A stretch of 52,923 bases of DNA, taken from the NCBI GenBank assembly GCA_913053655.1, contig CAJXFW010000001.1, forward strand, positions 1 to 52,923, in the 5' to 3' direction. A program made the translations under genes and the position numbers. Source of the stretch: an uncultured Thiogranum sp. GTDB lineage: Bacteria; Pseudomonadota; Gammaproteobacteria; DSM-19610. Of this stretch, positions 49,178 through 52,923 are shown piece after piece. Numbering within the stretch: position 1 is the stretch's first letter; each line of letters starts with the position of its first letter. Below the pieces are notes generated by a model, which was not told the DNA's origin, searched no databases, and saw only the letters and a list, made by a program, of their open reading frames with translations.

Positions 49178-49435
49178 ATGACAAAGAACGCCATCACTTA
49201 CGGGCAGATCCAGACAGCTGGAGACCTCGGCCATTTGGTACGCGCCCACCGCAAAGGCAAAGGATTGACACTCGAAACGGTCTCCGGACTCGGTAATCTG
49301 AGCACACGGTTTCTATCCGAGTTCGAACGCGGCAAGGAGACTGCCGAGATTGGAAAAATCCTGAAGGCTTTGCGGACCCTGGGTCTGGACGTCATTGTTC
49401 TGCCGAGGGGCAGTACAATCAGCAAGGGCAAATAA
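49178..49435 (+). CDS. hipB: HipB-like HTH-Xre antitoxin
   Basis: LVRAHRKGKGLT...FLSEFERGKETAEIGK; ATG at 49178; directly before hipA. Confidence 0.88.
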   Translation: MTKNAITYGQIQTAGDLGHLVRAHRKGKGLTLETVSGLGNLSTRFLSEFERGKETAEIGKILKALRTLGLDVIVLPRGSTISKGK

Positions 49436-49438
49436 GTC

Positions 49439-50692
49439 GTGATCGACCCGGATGCACTCAATGTCTGGTTTCAGGATCGCCTGGTGGGGTACTTGTGGCG
49501 AAATCCGGTCGGCACTATTGGATTTCGCTATGAGCCGGACTGGATCAACACCGGTGGCTTTGCTGTCTCGCGTACACTCCCGCTCTCAACGGAAGACTTC
49601 TCCGCGGAAGACAGCCTTGCGCATCGTTTTTTTGCCAACCTGTTGCCCGAGGGTAGCGTTCGGGATCACGTTGTTCGCGATCTGAAAATTTCCAATACCG
49701 ATTTTGATTTGTTGCGCGCCATCGGTGGAGAATGTGCTGGTGCGATATCGCTCTTGCCTGTAGAGCGAAATCCGTCAGCAGGTCGAAGTTACCATCCACT
49801 CCCGGATAAGGAACTGGCCGAACTGGTGACCCGGCGTGGCCCAATCCATACAGCCTGGCCGGAGGCTAAACGACCCAGGCTGTCACTGGCCGGGGCACAG
49901 GATAAATGCCCTGTGTTGATCCGGGACGGTCACTATTTCCTCCCCGAGAGCGAAGCCCCTTCCAGCCATATCCTGAAATTCGAGTTGGTGGATTATCATC
50001 ATCTGCCGGCCTATGAGACGTTTACCAGCTGGCTGGCCAGACAAATCGGCCTGCCTGTAGTCAATATCGAATTGCATTCCATTGAAAAGCGTTTCTATGC
50101 GCAGATTGAGCGCTATGATCGCGTATGGGATGAACGAGGTGAAGTGCAACGTCTGCACCAGGAAGACTTCTGCCAGGCCCTGGGGTACGGGCACGAAAAA
50201 AAATACCAGGATGCCGGCGGCCCTACCTTTGCTGACTGCTACCGGTTAGTGCAGGATGCCTCGACTGATCCCGTCATTGATACACAAAACCTGCTGCGCT
50301 GGCAGATTTTTAATGTCCTGGCCGGCAACTCGGATGGCCATGCCAAGAACCTGTCTCTGCTGTATTTACAAAACGGCGGGATTCGACTGGCTCCCTTCTA
50401 TGATCTGGTTTGTACGCGCGCCATCGAACGCATCGATTATCATCTCGCTTTTGATGTCGGCGGGCAAAGAGACCCCGGGCAAATCATCACAAAACACTGG
50501 GATACACTTGCCGGACAATGCGACGTGGGATCACGTTTCCTGGGCCGGCTGTTACAAGAGACTGCAGCCTCCTTGCTGGAACAACTCGATCAAACAAGAA
50601 AGCTGTTTGAAACACAATACGGCGATTATCCGTCACTGCAGCGCATCGAGCGTGTGGTCACACAGCAATGCCACCGTGCCACCAGACTTTAA
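49439..50692 (+). CDS. hipA: HipA-family Ser/Thr kinase toxin
   Basis: FFANLLPEG, SLAGAQDK, HQEDFCQALG, GNSDGHAKN, APFYDL. Confidence 0.95.
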   Translation: MIDPDALNVWFQDRLVGYLWRNPVGTIGFRYEPDWINTGGFAVSRTLPLSTEDFSAEDSLAHRFFANLLPEGSVRDHVVRDLKISNTDFDLLRAIGGECAGAISLLPVERNPSAGRSYHPLPDKELAELVTRRGPIHTAWPEAKRPRLSLAGAQDKCPVLIRDGHYFLPESEAPSSHILKFELVDYHHLPAYETFTSWLARQIGLPVVNIELHSIEKRFYAQIERYDRVWDERGEVQRLHQEDFCQALGYGHEKKYQDAGGPTFADCYRLVQDASTDPVIDTQNLLRWQIFNVLAGNSDGHAKNLSLLYLQNGGIRLAPFYDLVCTRAIERIDYHLAFDVGGQRDPGQIITKHWDTLAGQCDVGSRFLGRLLQETAASLLEQLDQTRKLFETQYGDYPSLQRIERVVTQQCHRATRL

Positions 50693-50904
50693 ACGTAGAA
50701 ACCGCAGTTGACCGCGACTGCATGAGACTGACAAGTCAAGGTTAAACCGGGCAACACCGTATTTCGGCTCCGGGTTGTCGTAACAAACGCCTCATGCACT
50801 GCCTGCAGGGACAAGCCCTGAAATGCGGTACGGTAGCTCAAGACACCACCCGGGAAATAATGCACCGCAATATCCAGCCAGTTTCGACGAATCGAGGGGA
50901 ACAC
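50689..50904 (-). pseudogene. N-terminal remnant of a large Fic-family protein
   Basis: IRRNWLDIAVHYFPGGVLSYRTAF...LPGLTL resembles the N-terminal region of roughly 500-aa Fic proteins as I recall them; no Fic motif; ends at the hipA stop. Confidence 0.45.
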
Positions 50905-51091
50905 AATCTCGGGAAGTAACGGTGCTTTTTTATGTTAAGACGCTATTAGTGGCCGGTTATATCAAATAAATGTACTTCGCTGGGGCATACGGCCTTATAC
51001 AGAAAACCTGGTCGGAATAGATGCGCCTGCCGTGTACGGACAGTGGGGCTATTGCAGATGGCACGGGTCCCGCGTGATCTTTCCGTTCCTT

Positions 51092-52582
51092 TTACTGGCG
51101 CATCTGATTTCTACCACCCTGTTTGGCGCGATACAGGGCTTCATCCGAACGCCTCAAGCTGGCTTCAGCACTGGTATCAATATCAGAATCGACCGTGGCC
51201 AGACCGGCGCTGAGTGTGCAGTACATTCCAATATCGATCGGCAGTGTGGTTTGCGCCTGCTCAAAGCAGTCGCGTAATCGTTCGAACAAGGTAAGACCTG
51301 CAGCTTCGTCGCTCTGAACCAGCAAAATCACAAATTCGTCACCGCCCAGACGAGCGATCACATCCGTGCTTCGAGCACAGTCGTTGAGACACTCGGTCAG
51401 GGCCTTGAGTACCTGATCGCCAACAGCGTGCCCATACCGGTCGTTGATCTGCTTGAAACCATCTATATCCAGCGTCATCACATAGATTTGTACCTTGCGG
51501 TTGGCCAGTGCCCAGGCCTTTTCCAGCTCATGGATAAAGCAGCGGCGATTGAGCAGTCCCGTCAGGCTGTCAGTCTCGCTTAGCTGTCTCAAGGATTCCT
51601 TCTGCAACTGTATGCGGTTGGAAATATCCTGCACTGCGTCCATAAGCGGTGCTGTTTCACGGAATTGCGGTTGAATATCAACCGGCTTGTCGCTGTCTTC
51701 GGCAATTTGATCCAGCGATATGCGAATACTGTCTATTTCGCGCAACAAACCCCGGGAGAGGCGGCGCGATAGCAGCACTACGCTGATACCGAAAACCAGC
51801 GCCATCAGGCCAGTGGCTATCAGCAGGGTAGTGAATGCTTTTTCCATACCCCTGGGCTGTGACACAAGCGTAATCCGCCAGGTGGTACCGTGGATGGGCA
51901 GGGTCAGTTGAAAAGTTCCTTCCGCCTTACCGATAAAATGATTGACACTGGCGACTGGCGTCTGATCACCGGCCACTACCGTCAGCTTGTGGCCATCCTG
52001 GGTCATGGTATCCAGAATATCCTGTACAACGCTGAGCTCAATGCTGGCGAAAACGTATCCTGTCCGCTCGCCATTAACATTATTTACCGGCGCGAACAGA
52101 TCGAAGTGCTCGAGACCGGCTTGATCCCGGTGTACAGACGGCGAGGCAATCTTTATACCCTGGCTGAGTTTTACAATATCCGCACGGCATTGGGGGCCGA
52201 TAAGTAACGAACCCGGATCACCCTGGATCTCACCATTATTACTGATCAGTGAAAGGCCGACGGTATCCGGCAGCAGCTTGCGATAGCTCATCGCCCACAG
52301 AAACGCTTTATCCTGATCACCAAACTCCAGCAAATCCTGTACATCCGCACGACTTGCCAAGCCTTCAAGCTGGTGTTGATAAAAACCGATTTGCCGCTGC
52401 AATGCCAGCGCATAGGCGCTCAAATTTTCCCGCACCTGCCTTTTTTCCATTCTCTGGTTATGATTGGCAAGAAGACGCTGACTGAACAGCTCTACCAGCA
52501 CTACCAGCACCATGGTAAGAATTACAAACCAGGTTGTCTCCCGTGCGACAGAGCGTTTTACATGCGCTCTGGATTTAAACAA
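51092..52582 (-). CDS. Membrane sensor diguanylate cyclase
   Basis: Two TMs around a periplasmic domain; DSLTGLLNRR, FKQINDRYGH, RSTD I-site, GGDEF. Confidence 0.93.
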   Translation of the reverse strand: MFKSRAHVKRSVARETTWFVILTMVLVVLVELFSQRLLANHNQRMEKRQVRENLSAYALALQRQIGFYQHQLEGLASRADVQDLLEFGDQDKAFLWAMSYRKLLPDTVGLSLISNNGEIQGDPGSLLIGPQCRADIVKLSQGIKIASPSVHRDQAGLEHFDLFAPVNNVNGERTGYVFASIELSVVQDILDTMTQDGHKLTVVAGDQTPVASVNHFIGKAEGTFQLTLPIHGTTWRITLVSQPRGMEKAFTTLLIATGLMALVFGISVVLLSRRLSRGLLREIDSIRISLDQIAEDSDKPVDIQPQFRETAPLMDAVQDISNRIQLQKESLRQLSETDSLTGLLNRRCFIHELEKAWALANRKVQIYVMTLDIDGFKQINDRYGHAVGDQVLKALTECLNDCARSTDVIARLGGDEFVILLVQSDEAAGLTLFERLRDCFEQAQTTLPIDIGMYCTLSAGLATVDSDIDTSAEASLRRSDEALYRAKQGGRNQMRQ

Positions 52583-52813
52583 CTAGACAGCCCTGCATAG
52601 ATCCTCTGAAATCAGTCGGGGCGGCTCGATAGCGAAACCCTGCGCAAAATCTATCCCCACGGTTCGTAGCCGGCTTCGCACAGCATCATCCTCGACAAAT
52701 TCCGCTATGGTGCGCATACCTGCCGCCTTTCCAGTCCGATGTATGGCCTGCACAATAGCACTATCCATGGGATCTTCCAGCATGGACCGCACGAATCCGG
52801 CGCGCGATAGCAC
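52583..52813 (-). pseudogene. C-terminal fragment of an EAL phosphodiesterase domain
   Basis: FVRSM...TIAEFVE...GIDFAQGF present; the upstream DDFG/LKID region is absent. Confidence 0.75.
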
Positions 52814-52923
52814 CCTGACTTGCGCAAGCCGACGTTTGTGTGGCTGGATGTGAGAAATTGGCGAATATTTATGAGAGAATCAGATCGTATGCCCGGCAAA
52901 CTGATCTTTTTACTGACCGGTGC

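Overview
A 52.9-kb, mostly housekeeping chromosomal segment, most likely from a sulfur-oxidizing, possibly autotrophic Gammaproteobacterium. This is inferred from TusA, a DsrC/TusE-family protein, an RhdA-type rhodanese, glcDEF and gammaproteobacterial-type orn/rsgA/dnaX-ybaB-recR/ffs. It encodes about 45 proteins, the SRP (4.5S) RNA, two toxin-antitoxin modules (higBA, hipBA), two gene remnants (Fic-like, EAL) and at least four families of short palindromic repeats. I found no CRISPR array, rRNA, tRNA, integrase or transposase. Most notable: (1) a 110-bp palindromic MITE plus a 4-bp target duplication (114 nt, 38 codons) inserted in frame in dnaX, with two intergenic sibling copies nearby; (2) a higBA module bounded by 8-bp direct repeats and embedded in GGGACA...TGTCCC repeats; (3) a DARS-like DnaA-box trio upstream of lon; (4) IscR-type boxes before an orphan iscR and before a DsrC/TusE homolog with an atypical CX12C tail; (5) an uncharacterised five-gene envelope cluster at 44.0-48.7 kb; (6) a probable CTG start codon and a catalytically dead M48 homolog. 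All family assignments are from motif recognition by eye; no database search was run.
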